64,000 nt of DNA from Macrostomum lignano. Its lineage: Eukaryota. The stretch spans positions 1 to 64,000 of the forward strand of contig NIVC01002995.1 in NCBI GenBank assembly GCA_002269645.1, read 5' to 3'. The notes under the pieces are model-generated. The model ran no database searches. It saw nothing but the letters and a program-made list of their open reading frames with translations, and was not told the DNA's origin. Shown in pieces: positions 48,308-61,492 of this stretch. The translations under genes were made by a program, and so were the position numbers. Numbering within the stretch: position 1 is the first letter of the stretch; each line of letters starts with the position of its first letter.

Positions 48308-51119
48308 CTGCAATGAGCCCGGGGGTTGGGTGGGGCAGGCTTATAATTATTGTTTGCCTTTCGCCGGTGAGCTACCGACACTGAAAAGCAGAGAAAGAGA
48401 TAAAAGCGGAAAAAGAGACTTATGGTGTTTTTCTTTCGGTGCAATGAAGGAGTGGGTTGAGAAAGAAGAGCGAGCAGCGCCCGTGAAGCTTTCAGCGCGG
48501 AACGGCCGAGAGTCTCGTGGGGATGCCCCCCCCCCTGCCCTCCCCCTGGCTAGCCTTGGCCGAAGCGATCTATCAGGTGAGGAACCCGGCCAGCAATTTC
48601 ACGGCCTGGGGACGCGCCGGGGCCGATCTGTCACGGCCCTCCTCCGCTCCTCTCTCGTTCCTGTCGCCAAGGTGAAGCTTAAGGAGCGGCAAACCTTGTG
48701 TTTTAGGGGGCTGATAAATGAGGCCGCGGGAGCAGACTTGGGTGATGGGGAGCTGCCGAGGTTGAGAGGTGAGATCCTCCTGCCTCCATCAATCAGTCGT
48801 GGGGTCGCCAGAGACAGTGGAGGAAGTCTGTCTGGACGCCCCACACCTGTTGAGGCGGCAGCGATGCTGCGCTGGGGGTCGAACCGGTTAAAATAATCTT
48901 GCAAATTCGTTTAACCGCATTCGACACGTCAACTGGGCGACAGGCGAATGCGTGACTCATCCCTGACTATCCGGCAGCGTTGCAAGCTCCAATCCCAGCA
49001 TGTCACAAGCCAATCTGCCGCTGTGTTTTTTCTCACTCCTCTACTCCTTGCCAGCCTGTCATTTGCTTGGCTGAGTCCCCAGGACTCCCCTGGCCTCTTT
49101 GTGCTCTCGGCAGTTGTTAAGAGTGGCCTTTCCGGACTCGCCAGTTTGATGAGGCGGAGGCTGAGGCTTTGTCTGCCGCTACTACCTACGAGGGCGGAGC
49201 CCCTGATTAGGGGGGGTTAGGCTGACAGAGATCCCCACACTTTTTTCTCGCCCTGCTTGAGAAAGAAGATTCTCTGATCCCAGGCCGTTGAGTCGAAGGA
49301 AAGAGAAAGGTCCGGTGGCTCGCATACGCAGCCCGGACATCCCACGGGGCGCGGAGGTGGGGATGAAAATCCCCCTGGGGCCCGGTATAGCGCGGCGGGC
49401 AAGCATCCGTTAACAAGGTTTGCAAAGGTCCCAGGGTCCTCCGATGTCTCTCGATCTTCGCTCCCCGCCGGCGATATCCCCCTGTCGCGGCGGCCCCCTT
49501 TTTATCCCTCTACGCAGGCCGCCGCATCCCTCCTTGACTTTTTTCTCCCCTTCTTACGTCTCTCCGCCTTTCACGCTTGGAGTCGCCTCCCCTGTCCTGC
49601 TCCAGTTTGCTGGCCGTGCGCAGCGGCGGCGGGCACAACAGTTAATGACATTGGAAGCCGCGGGAGCTGGGGCGGCGGGTGGAGGGACTCAGACTCGGCC
49701 CAATTAACCGGAGAGGCAACACTTTCACCTATATAGTAGGCTCAGGTTTGAGCAGGTCGGAGGGGCGGGGCACAGGTTCACTCCCGGAGAGGAAGGGGCA
49801 AAAGCCGAATACGTCTGGCTATTGTATGTCGCATCCCCTGTCAATCTTTTGGCCCGGGGCTCGCACACGCCATCCCACTTAGTGAGATGGTAGTGCTCAC
49901 AGCTCCTAACCGTCTACCGACAATTAACTGGGACATCCGGTAAGCGGTCTCGCACCGAGGCGAAGCCAAGCCAGCTAATGCAGCCTTGAGCCGGATGCGT
50001 GCAGACTCTACTCTGTGCGTGCGACTTCTCTGGTGGGCAAAACTGCCAAGCATTGCATGGGACACCAATTATTGCAGCCTGCCTTGACTGCGCGAGTCCT
50101 CCGTTAGCTGTGGCGTAGCTATTCTCGGAGAAAATGGTGTGCGCTTGAAGCGACTCCCAGGTGACCGGGCGGATTAATTGCGCCCGTAGGCCCTCCGATT
50201 GGGGATTTGCACCTTGCTAATAACTCGGCTTGGCTCTGTCTCTTTTTAACTCTCCGCAATCCTCAATGGAGCCTCTGCCGTAAACCGCCGCACGCGCGAC
50301 GCCACCACCCCAGACGCACCGATTAATTTTTTTTTTGACTTTCGCCAAGCCTTTGAAGATTCTCCCCAATAAGCCCCGTCCTCTGAGACCCTGCTGGCCG
50401 GCTGCGGGAGGGAGGGACAGACAGATAATTAAAGACCCTCGTCCGACCGAGCCTTTTGTGTAGCTGAGCATCAAAGTTTTTTCCTCATTTTTATCGATAC
50501 GCCCATCAGAGTTGCAGCTCAGTGGGAGCCCCCCCCCCAGGTGACTTGAGATGACCGCACGCTGGGCCGGTGAGAGGGGGGATCAGAGCATCAGATTTGT
50601 CTGTCGTGCTGCTTTAACAAACTTGGTCGATCCTACCAGACCACTCAAGCATTGTCCATACAGCCCCTCTGCTGTTAAGGACAGTGGCCAGTGTAAAGTG
50701 GTCCTCAGTTCGTTGAGAATAGGGCAGCGCTGTCTGTCGGCAGTCGACAAAGGCGCAGGTGTTCCCGATCACCTGTGCTTCAATCCCCTCGGGTTGTCCC
50801 AGTGGCCGCGGCTCGAGTTGAGACACGTGCTGCTAAACACAAAGGAGCCGAAGATAAACCAGAACTGCACAGACAACTCCTTGAGGATCTTATTATGAAT
50901 TCGAATCCAAGATTCACGCAACTGGCCGGACTTATTTAGTAATGATCCCGGGCTGTTGCGATGAAGCTTCCTCGGGAGCGGTGGCAACACTTGGTGCTTC
51001 GAAATATTTCAGTTGAAGTGCGGTTGCCATGGGGAAATGCGCGCAGGGAAACCAAAGATAGAACTTTATGACTGAGGCTGTCATTAGGGAAGAGATAAAG
51101 CACATTTCCGCCACCCCCA

Positions 51120-52080
51120 ATTCCGCTCCTATCCTCCACGAATCCGCTCCTATCCGCCCTCGAATCCGCTCCTATCCGCCCCCGAATCCGCTCGTATCCG
51201 CCTCGAATCCGCTCCTATCCGGCCCCGAATCCGCTCCTGTCCGCCCCCGAATCCGCTCTTATCCGCCCCGAATCCGCTCCTATCCGGCCCCGAATCCGCT
51301 CCTATCCGCCTCGAATCCGCTCCTATCCGGCCCCGAATCCGCTCCTATCCGGCCCCGAATCCGCTCCTATCCGGCCCCGAATCCGCTCCTATCCGCCTCG
51401 AATCCGCTCCTATCCGCCCCCGAATCCGCTCCTATCCTCCACGAATCCGCTCCTATCCGCCCCCGAATCCGCTCCTATCCTCCACGAATCCGCTCCTATC
51501 CGCCCCCGAATCCGCTCCTATTCGCCACGAATCCGCTCCTATCCGCCCCCGAATCCGCTCCTATCCGGCCCCGAATCCGCTCCTGTCCGCCCCCGAATCC
51601 GCTCTTATCCGCCCCGAATCCGCTCCTATCCGGCCCCGAATCCGCTCCTATCCGCCTCGAATCCGCTCCTATCCGGCCCCGAATCCGCTCCTATCCGGCC
51701 CCGAATCCGCTCCTATCCGGCCCCGAATCCGCTCCTATCCGCCTCGAATCCGCTCCTATCCGCCCCCGAATCCGCTCCTATCCTCCACGAATCCGCTCCT
51801 ATCCGCCCCCGAATCCGCTCCTATCCTCCACGAATCCGCTCCTATCCGCCCCCGAATCCGCTCCTATTCGCCACGAATCCGCTCCTATCCGCCCCCGAAT
51901 CCGCTCCTATTCGCCACGAATCCGCTCCTATCCGCCCCCGAATCCGCTCCTATCCTCCACGAATCCGCTCCTATACTCCACGAATCCGCTCCTATCCGCC
52001 CCCGAATCCGCTCCTATCCTCCACGAATCCGCTCCTATCCGCCCCCGAATCCGCTCCTATCCTCCACGAATCCGCTCCTA
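51120..52080. repeat. Intronic minisatellite, 21-22-bp unit
   Basis: GAATCCGCTCCTATCCGCCCCC and variants. Confidence 0.95.
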
Positions 52081-52260
52081 ACCGAATTCATCGAAATTCT
52101 TTATCTATGGCTTAGGGCCCACAAAGTTAACTTCGCAAACTTAGAAAGTCCATGAAGTTGAAAGACCGTAAAAACTTTGCATAAATTTTGGAAAACTCCC
52201 GTAAACCCCAAGAGACCTCTTATAAACCATATAAACTTCCGGTAAGCCCCGGAAACTCAC

Positions 52261-52440
52261 CTTCCTTCCGCATGCCGCTCTTCAGGCACTTCTGAAACCG
52301 GCAGTACTGGCACTGGTTCCGGTGGTGAATGTCCACCGGGCAGTTCCGGTTGCCACGGCACGTGTAGGACAGCTTCCGGCGGACTGAACGCTTGAAGAAT
52401 GACTTGCAGCCTTCGCACGTGTACTGGCCGTAGTGCTTGC
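52261..52440 (-). CDS. NR2F: COUP-TF/NR2F exon 2 (DNA-binding domain)
   Basis: [59 protein letters not shown], flanked by CAG and GTGAGT. Confidence 0.96.
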
Positions 52441-52529
52441 CTGTGCGGTGATGGAGTGGGCCTCGATGTACGGTTTTGAGCGCTGTTTAATTGCCTTTTC
52501 GTCCTTTTAAAGTGCCATTTTTAATGGAT

Positions 52530-52800
52530 ATAAATTGGCATCCGACAACCTCACTCCCCTTAATGTACACCCAGTCTCCGACAACCTCGCTTCCCTCAAT
52601 TTACATCCAGTCCCCGACAACCTCTCTCCCCTCAATGTACACCCAGTCCCCGACAACCTCTCTCCCCTCAATGTACACCCAGTCCCCGACAACCTCTCTC
52701 CCCTCAATGTACACCCAGTCCCCGACAACCTCTCTCCCCTCAATGTACATCCAGTCGCAGTCCCCGACAACCTCAACTCCCCTCAATGTACACCCAAGTC
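52530..52800. repeat. Intronic minisatellite, 36-bp unit
   Basis: AATGTACACCCAGTCCCCGACAACCTCTCTCCCCTC. Confidence 0.93.
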
Positions 52801-53244
52801 CTCGACAACAAAGAATTTACCACGTCTGCAATTATTGCAACGCTAATCCATAGCATTATAATGAGACATTGGGAATTTCGTCAGCAGGCGAATTGAGTTG
52901 AGAAGCTGGAGTAGGTAGATTAGTTTTCGATAACTTCATCTACCCCATGGTATTGGAATTAGAGATTTTAATCTAGTCCTCAAACTCTATGTTCCGCTCT
53001 CAAGTGGCTCAGTTTAGATATGGTTTATGTTAATGAATTCCCACAACTATAAATATACGAGTTAAAGTTTACAATTAAATGATTGGTACAAGTCTCGATT
53101 GTTGTAACAATTGGCAGGTTTTTCGATAGCTGATGCTCTCAGCCAATCATTGGCATTTTTTCTGACTGCTTGTTGATTCGAGGTAGCTAAATTGTGTGGT
53201 TTTAGTCACTACTCGGTTACAGAAGGGTCTATGGTATCTATCCG

Positions 53245-54015
53245 CTCGCTATTCTGATTCGATCCGCTCCCTACTGTTTTGATCCGCTCCCTACTGATTC
53301 GTTCCGCTCCCTACTGATTCGATCCGCTCCCTACTGTTTACTGTTTCGATCCGCTCCCTACTGTTTACTGTTTCGATCCGCTCCCTACTGATTCGATCCG
53401 CTTCCTACTGTTTCGATCCGCTCCCTACTGTTTCGATCCACTTCCTACTGATTCGATCCGCTCCCTACTGTTTACTGTTTCGATCCGCTCCCTACTGTTT
53501 CGATCCGCTCCCTACTGTTTCGATCCGCTCCCTACTGATTCGATCCGCTCCCTACTGTTTCGATCCGCTCCCTACTGTTTCGATCCGCTCCCTACTGATT
53601 CGATCCGCTCCCTACTGATTCGATCCGCTCCCTACTGATTCGATCCGCTCCCTACTGATTCGATCCGCTCCCTACTGATTCGATCCGCTCCCTACTGATT
53701 CGATCCGCTCCCTACTGATTCGATCCGCTCCCTACTGATTCGATCCGCTCCCTACTGATTCGATCCGCTCCCTACTGTTTCTATCCGCTCCCTACTGATT
53801 CGATCCGCTCCCTACTGTTTCTATCCGCTCCCTACTGATTCGATCCGCTCCCTACTGTTTCGATCCGCTCCCTACTGATTCGATCCGCTACCTACTGTTT
53901 CGATCCGCTACCTACTGATTCGATCCGCTACCTACTGTTTCGATCCGCTACCTACTGTTTCGATCCGCTCCCTACTGTTTCGATCCGCTCCTCTGATCCG
54001 CTCCCTACTGTTTCG
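53245..54015. repeat. Intronic minisatellite, 20-bp unit
   Basis: CGATCCGCTCCCTACTGWTT. Confidence 0.95.
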
Positions 54016-54024
54016 ATCCGCTCC

Positions 54025-54240
54025 TCTGATCCGCTCCCTATACAACATCTGAATCCGCTCCCTATAACATCTGAATCCGCTCCCTATAACATCTGAATCC
54101 GCACCCTATAACATCTGAATCCGCTCCCTATAACATCTGAATCCGCACCCTATAACATCTGAATCCGCTCCCTATAACATCTGAATCCGCACCCTATAAC
54201 ATCTGAATCCGCTCCCTATAACATCTGAATCCGCTCCCTA
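54025..54240. repeat. Intronic minisatellite, 22-bp unit
   Basis: ATCTGAATCCGCTCCCTATAAC. Confidence 0.95.
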
Positions 54241-54299
54241 CCCGCCATTATCACCTGCTTACTCTCTGAGCAGCGCACGACCGATGGGGGGCACCTTAC

Positions 54300-54573
54300 C
54301 TGAGCTCTTGTCGCCGCAGACCACGCACTCAACGTTGACGGCCTTCTCCGGATCTTCATCGTCGCAGTCGATGGAGCCTCCGCCGATGCTGGCGGGCGAG
54401 CCGGGCTCCGAGTTGGCCAGCAGCGGGGTCGAGTTGTGCAGCAGCATCGCCGTGGTGTCCCCGGCAGCTGAGCCGCCACTGCCGTCGACGGAGTCCCAGA
54501 ACATCGGCTGATGCTGGTGCTGATGCTGGTGCTGATGCTGGTGCTGATGCTGGTGCCGACCTCCGTTTGACAT
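54300..54573 (-). CDS. NR2F: COUP-TF/NR2F exon 1 (A/B domain and start of first zinc finger)
   Basis: ATG at 54573: MSNGGR(HQ)n...AVNVECVVCGDKSSG, donor GTAAGG at 54299; the phase-1 join to exon 2 is in frame. Confidence 0.92.
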
Positions 54574-55607
54574 TGCGTTCAAATTTGTCTCTGAGAGCTT
54601 TAGGAGAGAGAGAGAGAGATTTAGGAGATTGCTTGAGAGCGAAAGAGAAATCGGCGATCGCGAGTCTGCTGTCTTTTATGCCGGAGATTTCCCAACTCCC
54701 GCAACTTCAGAGCGGAGCTGGGGTGGGTGGGGGGCCAGAGAGCAAAAGAGCGCTGAACCCTCCGCCCCAACCCTCTCACCCCGGGACCCCGCGGCCTCCC
54801 CTCCCCTCTCCATTCCACTCGCCTGATTCCCTGCAGTTGTCCCCCGGCTCCGCCGCCGCCGCCGCCCCGTCCCCTCCTCAGACCGGCGCTGATTTGCTGG
54901 GCCACCCCAGCCTACCGCTGAGGAATGCGGCCCAAGTCTCCTCTTTGTTGACCCCGTCTGGTCTGGTGGTAGCGGCAAGCGGCGACGGTGGTCACCAGCC
55001 CCCCCGGTTCCTTCTGACACTTTACCCCGGGGATTATCCCGTGGGATACAAACAGCAGCGGTTTGTTTGCTCCACTCTCCCCAAGCAGGAGAGGATCAGG
55101 GAGACTGATGGGGAAGAATTTCCCAGCCACGAGGCCGGGATTTACTACGCGGGACGCTTCTTGGGACAGCTAATCTTGGATTAAGCCAAGCGGCAATTAC
55201 TGCGGGACACCAGATAAGGATTGGTAGGGGCGCTGCGAGCTCGACTTGATGGAGCATTGACTCTCTTCCAGCCTCCGAATCGAGCGCTTTTCACTGTTCC
55301 GCTTGGCCAGACTCAGTCGCCGCCCGAGCTTGCAGTGGGGGAATTCAGCGAGAGAGATAACGAGAAACAGAGAGCTGCATGGGCAGGGAAGATCCTCATT
55401 CTTGTTCTGTCTGTTTTATTGTGCAGATCTGTTGTATGCAAATGCAATGCTTGGGTGTCTTATCGCTGTAAGATCTGCGCTGAGAGAATAAATTTCTCAA
55501 GCGCTTGCGCGTGTTATTTCTGCTGCAAATCAAAAATATAGTTATGGATTTCTGGCGGAATTGCAAGAATTTTTGTGTCAACATTATATGGGGGCAGAAG
55601 AAAAGCT

Positions 55608-56016
55608 TCAGTGAGGCGCCAGTGGAAGCAGTGAGGCGCCAGTGGAAGCAGTGAAGCGCCAGTGAAAGCAGTGAGGCGCCAGTGGAAGCAGTGAGGCGCC
55701 AGTGAAAGCAGTGAGGCGCCAGTGGAAGCAGTGAGGCGCCAGTGAAAGCAGTGAGGCGCCAGTGGAAGCAGTGAGGCGCCAGTGGAAGCAGTGAAGCGCC
55801 AGTGGAAGCAGTGAGGCGCCAGTGGAAGCAGTGAGGCGCCAGTGGAAGCAGTGAGGCGCCAGTGGAAGCAGTGAGGCGCCAGTGGAAGCAGTGAGGCGCC
55901 AGTGGAAGCAGTGAGGCGCCAGTGGAAGCAGTGAGGCGCCAGTGGAAGCAGTGAGGCGCCAGTGGAAGCAGTGAGGCGCCAGTGGAAGCAGTGAGGCGCC
56001 AGTGGAAGCAGTGAAG
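55608..56016. repeat. Minisatellite, 20-bp unit
   Basis: CAGTGAGGCGCCAGTGGAAG. Confidence 0.95.
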
Positions 56017-56920
56017 CTCAATAAACAGTCATTGTTACAATTGTTTAAATATCTAGAGCTATATAGCTGTTCTAATAAAGGAGTAAGTTCCTGTGTGGTA
56101 AACTCTAGATAAAATGCTATTTAGTATATTAGTCGAACATTTGGCGTCCCAGCGGGACTATGCTCCGACCAGAGCTGCCATAGTATAAAACTGACACAGC
56201 CGTTAATGAGCTGCGGACAATACAGATCTTAATGGGGATATTTTCACACATATCACCTAGTTCGCGACAGATCTCAGAGACTTCAACTGCACGCTTGGAT
56301 ACTGCGCATATAGCATTTTAACAGACACTAATTCCCAATCTCATTGACATCTGGGACCTGGCATGCATAATATATTCATATTTTATAATTCTATGCTCAT
56401 ATATGCCAATTGCATCACAGCCCAGTCCGTTGCAAAAGTGTGATGCAATTCTTGCTCCCCCCATTATCTTATAATAGAATTTCGAGAAGAAACTTGAGAC
56501 CACTAGCCGCATGGGAACTGCAGATCTGTATGGTTGCGGATATCTTAGAGACCAAAAGCCCAACCAACCCCCCCCCTCTGACTTTCGCTAATCATATTCC
56601 ACGTCTGCCCGTCCAATACCGCTAATTGTCTATGGGCCAAAGCCAACTCACAGCCCCACCCTGTTGCATCAGGCGCGGGGTCTCCGAGGGCGCGGCGCCT
56701 CCCTAACTCCTCTAACCCATAGTGCCAGGGCAAATATTATGTATTGAACAGTTTTTAAATAGTGTTCGATTTCATGCCAATTTCATAAGACTCATTGCTC
56801 CACGGACTCATTGCTTACTTGATGAGGCTTGAGAGCCTGTTGCGCTCAACCTGTGACCCGCTTTATACCCGAGTTTTTCCTCTCCGTATCTCCGTTCTCT
56901 GTTCAGTCTGATTTTCTCTC

Positions 56921-57480
56921 CCAGACAGACTCAGACTCTCCCAGACTGACTCAGACTCTCCCAGACTGACTCAGACTCTCCCAGACTGACTCAGACTCTC
57001 CCAGATTGACTCAGACTCTCTCAGACTGACTCAGACTCTCCCAGACTGACTCAGACTCTCCCAGACTGACTCAGACTCTCCCAGACTGACTCAGACTCTC
57101 CCAGACTGACTCAGACTCTCCCAGACTGACTCAGACTCTCCCAGACTGACTCAGACTCTCCTAGACTGACTCAGACTCTCTCAGACTGACTCAGACTCTC
57201 CCCGACTGACTCAGACTCTCCCAGACTGACTCAGACTCTCCCAGACTGACTCAGATTCTCCCAGACTGACTCAGACTCTCCCAGATTGACTCAGACTCTC
57301 CCAGACTGACTCAGACTCTCTCAGACTGACTCAGACTCTCCCAGACTGACTCAGACTCTCCCAGACTGACTCAGACTCTCCCAGACTGACTCAGACTCTC
57401 CCAGACTGACTCAGACTCTCCCAGACTGACTCAGACTCTCCCAGACTGACTCAGACTCTCCCAGACTGACTCAGACTCTC
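56921..57480. repeat. Minisatellite, 20-bp unit, 28 copies, each with a TGACTCA core except the first
   Basis: CCAGACTGACTCAGACTCTC. Confidence 0.97.
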
Positions 57481-57937
57481 CCTACAGTCTGTTGGATTTA
57501 CTTAATATTTCACTCGGTCTCAACTAACCATAAAATATGCGATCCAAATATCTGCACACTTCACTGGTCGATGAGAAAAATTTTACATTTGCGCCCAGGG
57601 TACAGACAGAGAATTCAACTCAAAGTAATGACGCAATCAGCGCCGAGGGGCCCCGCAAGCGGTATTCGTCAGACTACAGCAGCATCAGGTGCGAAATTAT
57701 TCCCCGTCTTTTCATCCTCTTTTTTCTTGGCCTCCCGCCGGCCACCACCCACCCACCTGAGAGGCACCTGGAGGCTGCGTAGATTAACCCCCACCTGCAG
57801 CAACAATTATCTTAATCGGTACACGTTCAGATTCAGACTGGAATCTAGGGGCGCCAGTCAGGCCCATCATCATCAAATATCAATTTTTGCATACGCCAAT
57901 CGAGTGCAATTTTTTAATCCTACTGCAGACACTGCAG

Positions 57938-59685
57938 CTACTAGCTCCACTACTAGCTCTACTACTAGCTCTACTACTAGCTCCAATACTGGCTCCAATA
58001 CTAGCTCCACTACTAGCTCCAATACTAGCTCCAATACTAGCTCCACTACTAGCTCTACTACTAGCTCTACTACTAGCTCCAATACTGGCTCCAATACTAG
58101 CTCCACTACTAGCTCCAATACTAGCTCCAATACTAGCTCCACTACTAGCTCCAATACTAGCTCCACTACTAGCTCCAATACTAGCTCCACTACTAGCTCC
58201 ACTACTAGCTCCAATACTAGCTCCACTAGTAGCTCCAATACTAGCTCCACTACTAGCTTTACTTTTAGCTCCAATACTAGCTCCACTACTAGCTCCACTA
58301 CTAGCTCCAATACTAGCTCCAATACTAGCTCCACTACTAGCTCCACTACTAGCTCTACTACTAGCTCCAATACTAGCTCCAATACTAGCTCCAATACTAG
58401 CTCCACTACTAGCTCCAATACTAGCTCCACTACTAGCTCCACTACTAGCTCCAATACTAGCTCCACCACTAGCTTCACTACTAGTTCCACTACTAGCTCC
58501 ACTACTAGCTCCACTACTAGCTCCAATACTAGCTCCACTACTAGCTCCAATACTAGCTCCACTACTAGCTCCAATACTAGCTCCACTACTAGCTCCACTA
58601 CTAGCTCCACTACTAGCTCCAATACTAGCTCCACTACTAGCTCCACTACTAGCTCCACTACTAGCTCCACTACTAGCTCCACTACTAGCTCCACTACTAG
58701 CTTCACTACTAGCTCCAATACTAGCTCCAATACTAGCTCCAATACTAGCTCCACTACTAGCACCAATACTAGCTCCACTACTAGCTCCAATACTAGCTCC
58801 ACTACTAGCTCCACTACTAGCTCCACTACTAGCTCCACTACTAGCTCCAATACTAGCTCCAATACTAGCTCCACTACTAGCTCCACTACTAGCTCCAATA
58901 CTAGCTCCAATACTAGCTCCACTACTAGCTCCACTACTAGCTCCAATACTAGCTCCAATACTAGCTCCACCACTAGCTCTAATACTAGCTCCAATACTAG
59001 CTCCACTACTAGCTCCAATACTAGCTCCACTACTAGCTCCACTACTAGCTCCACTACTAGCTCCACTACTAGCTCCACTACTAGCTTTACTACTAGCTCC
59101 ACTACTAGCTCCACTACTAGCTCCACTACTAGCTCCACTACTAGCTCCACTACTAGCTCCACTACTAGCTCCACTACTAGCTCCACTACTAGCTCCACTA
59201 CTAGCTCCAATACTAGCTCCACTACTAGCTCCACTACTAGCTCCAATACTAGCTCCACCACTAGCTTCACTACTAGTTCCACTACTAGCTCCAATACTAG
59301 CTCCACTACTAGCTCCAATACTAGCTCCACTACTAGCTCCAATACTAGCTCCACTACTAGCTCCAATACTAGCTCCACTACTAGCTTTACTACTAGCTCC
59401 AATACTAGCTCCACTACTAGCTCCAATACTAGCTCCACTACTAGCTCCACTACTAGCTCCACTACTAGCTCCAATACTAGCTCCAATACTAGCTCCAATA
59501 CTAGCTCCAATACTAGCTCCACTACTAGCTTTACTACTAGCTCCAATACTAGCTCCACTACTAGCTCCAATACTAGCTCCACTACTAGCTCCACTACTAG
59601 CTCCACTACTAGCTCCAATACTAGCTCCAATACTAGCTCCAATACTAGCTCCAATACTAGCTCCACTACTAGCTTTACTACCAGC
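57938..59685. repeat. Minisatellite, 12-bp unit (~1.75 kb)
   Basis: AMTACTAGCTCC. Confidence 0.97.
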
Positions 59686-60667
59686 ACACACTTGGCAGCC
59701 CTTCACTTCCCCGCCCAGCCTCCTGAACACAACACGCAAACACAGTTTCAAATGGAACATAATGAGCCACTCCGCACTGCTGCGCTGCCTTCCCAAGACG
59801 CAGGAAATGAAAAGTGATTGAACGAGTCGCTGGTTAAAGAAAATTTGACAAAAAAGGATGACCGCAGCTATAGCCGACTTTCAGTTGATGCTCGAGGCTC
59901 ATGAAATATTAATAGCGGATCCGGCAGCCAGCTGCATCTGGCCGCCACTCCCTCCCTCCCACAGGACCGCGGGTCGCCGCCGCCTCCGCTGGCGCCGCGG
60001 GGGTGACTTATTAAAGCGATAATCCGGCCGGACAGGTCCCTCGCGCGCTGACACGCGGGATTTAGGGGACCTGATAATTGCTCAATCAGTGAGAGGCAAG
60101 ACAGTCAGCGTAAGGAGTAAAAATCTGTCCTCCGGACAAAACCGGCCGACACCAATTGGTCAAATTGATAGCGTATCCGGAACGGCAGATGCCGGGGGGG
60201 GGATATTCGGCCAGGGATTCCTGAGCCCATAGGGATCTTCGTTATGCAAATCAGCCACCTCGGTCTTTGTCGCGCGATCGCGAGAAGAATTTTTGTCCAT
60301 TTCATTTTGCCAGGGCTAGGGGGGGGGGCTAGTAGGAGTTGGATGGATAATTGGGATTAGGGAACTGCCGCTTGGGAGTAGTTTGAGCATAGCTGAGGTC
60401 CGAGTCCTGCCATGCTGGGCTGTGCGAGACATTCAAGCTGTGGGGTACCCCGCTGTTTGACTCTTGGAGTGAAATTCCCAAAGCTGAGAGGCTCAGGTGC
60501 TCGCAAGTGGGTCAATTGTTAAAATTGCCTTTTTTGGCTTAGAAAGCTGACCGTAAGCATTCAGGCACTTTGCCTGCAGCTGTGCATGTCTGGCTGTGGA
60601 GTGCTTCCTACAGGTCAGTGACTGATTTCTGGCTAAATTCTGTTCTGGGAAGTTTTCAATGTGAGAA

Positions 60668-61492
60668 GTTTCGGGTTGGTGTAGATTCGGGTTGGATTCG
60701 GGTTTGTGTGGATTCGGGTTGGTGTAGATTCGGGTTGGATTCGGGTTTGTGTGGATTCGGGTTGGTGTAGATTCGGGTTGGTGAAGATTCGGGTTGGTGT
60801 AGATTCGGGTTGGTGTAGATTCGGGTTGGTGTAGATTCGGGTTGGTGTAGATTCGGGTTGGTGTAGATTCGGGTTGGTGTAGATTCGGGTTGGTGTAGAT
60901 TCGGGTTGGTGTAGATTCGGGTTGGTGTAGATTCGGGTTGGTGTAGATTCGGGTTGGTGTAGTTTCGGGTTGGTGTTGATTCGGGTTGGTGTGGATTCGG
61001 GTTGGTGTAGATTCGGGTTAGTGTGGATTCGGGTTGGTGTAGATTCGGGTTGGTGTAGATTCGGGTTGGTGTAGATTCGGGTTGGTGTAGATTCGGGTTG
61101 GTGTAGATTCGGGTTGGTGTAGATTCGGGTTGGTGTAGATTCGGGTTGGTGTAGATTCGGGTTGGTGTAGATTCGGGTTGGTGTAGTTTCGGGTTGGTGT
61201 TGATTCGGGTTGGTGTGGATTCGGGTTGGTGTAGATTCGGGTTAGTGTGGATTCGGGTTGGTGTAGATTCGGGTTGGTGTAGATTCGGGTTGGTGTAGAT
61301 TCGGGTTGGTGTAGATTCGGGTTGGTGTAGATTCGGGTTGGTGTAGATTCGGGTTGGTGTAGATTCGGGTTGGTGTAGATTCGGGTTGGTGTAGATTCGG
61401 GTTGGTGTAGATTCGGGTTAGTGTGGATTCGGGTTGGTGTAGATTCGGGTTGGTGTGGATTCGGGTTGGTGTGGATTCGGGTTGGTGTAGAT
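60668..61492. repeat. Minisatellite, 16-bp unit
   Basis: GATTCGGGTTGGTGTA. Confidence 0.96.

Noticed and set aside
51068-52081. 337-aa Pro-rich ORF
   Set aside because: Lies wholly in a 21-22-bp intronic array, antisense to COUP-TF.
54567-55184. 205-aa minus-strand ORF upstream of COUP-TF
   Set aside because: No domain recognised; out of frame with exon 1; probably GC-rich 5' UTR or promoter.
57938-59685. Link between the ACTACT-containing unit and the Polinton ACTACT terminus
   Set aside because: The shared 6-mer is too short and the rest of the TIR is absent.
57873-59821. 600-aa Leu/Val/Glu, Ala/Ser/Gly and Leu/Ala/Pro ORFs
   Set aside because: Alternative frames of the same 12-bp repeat.
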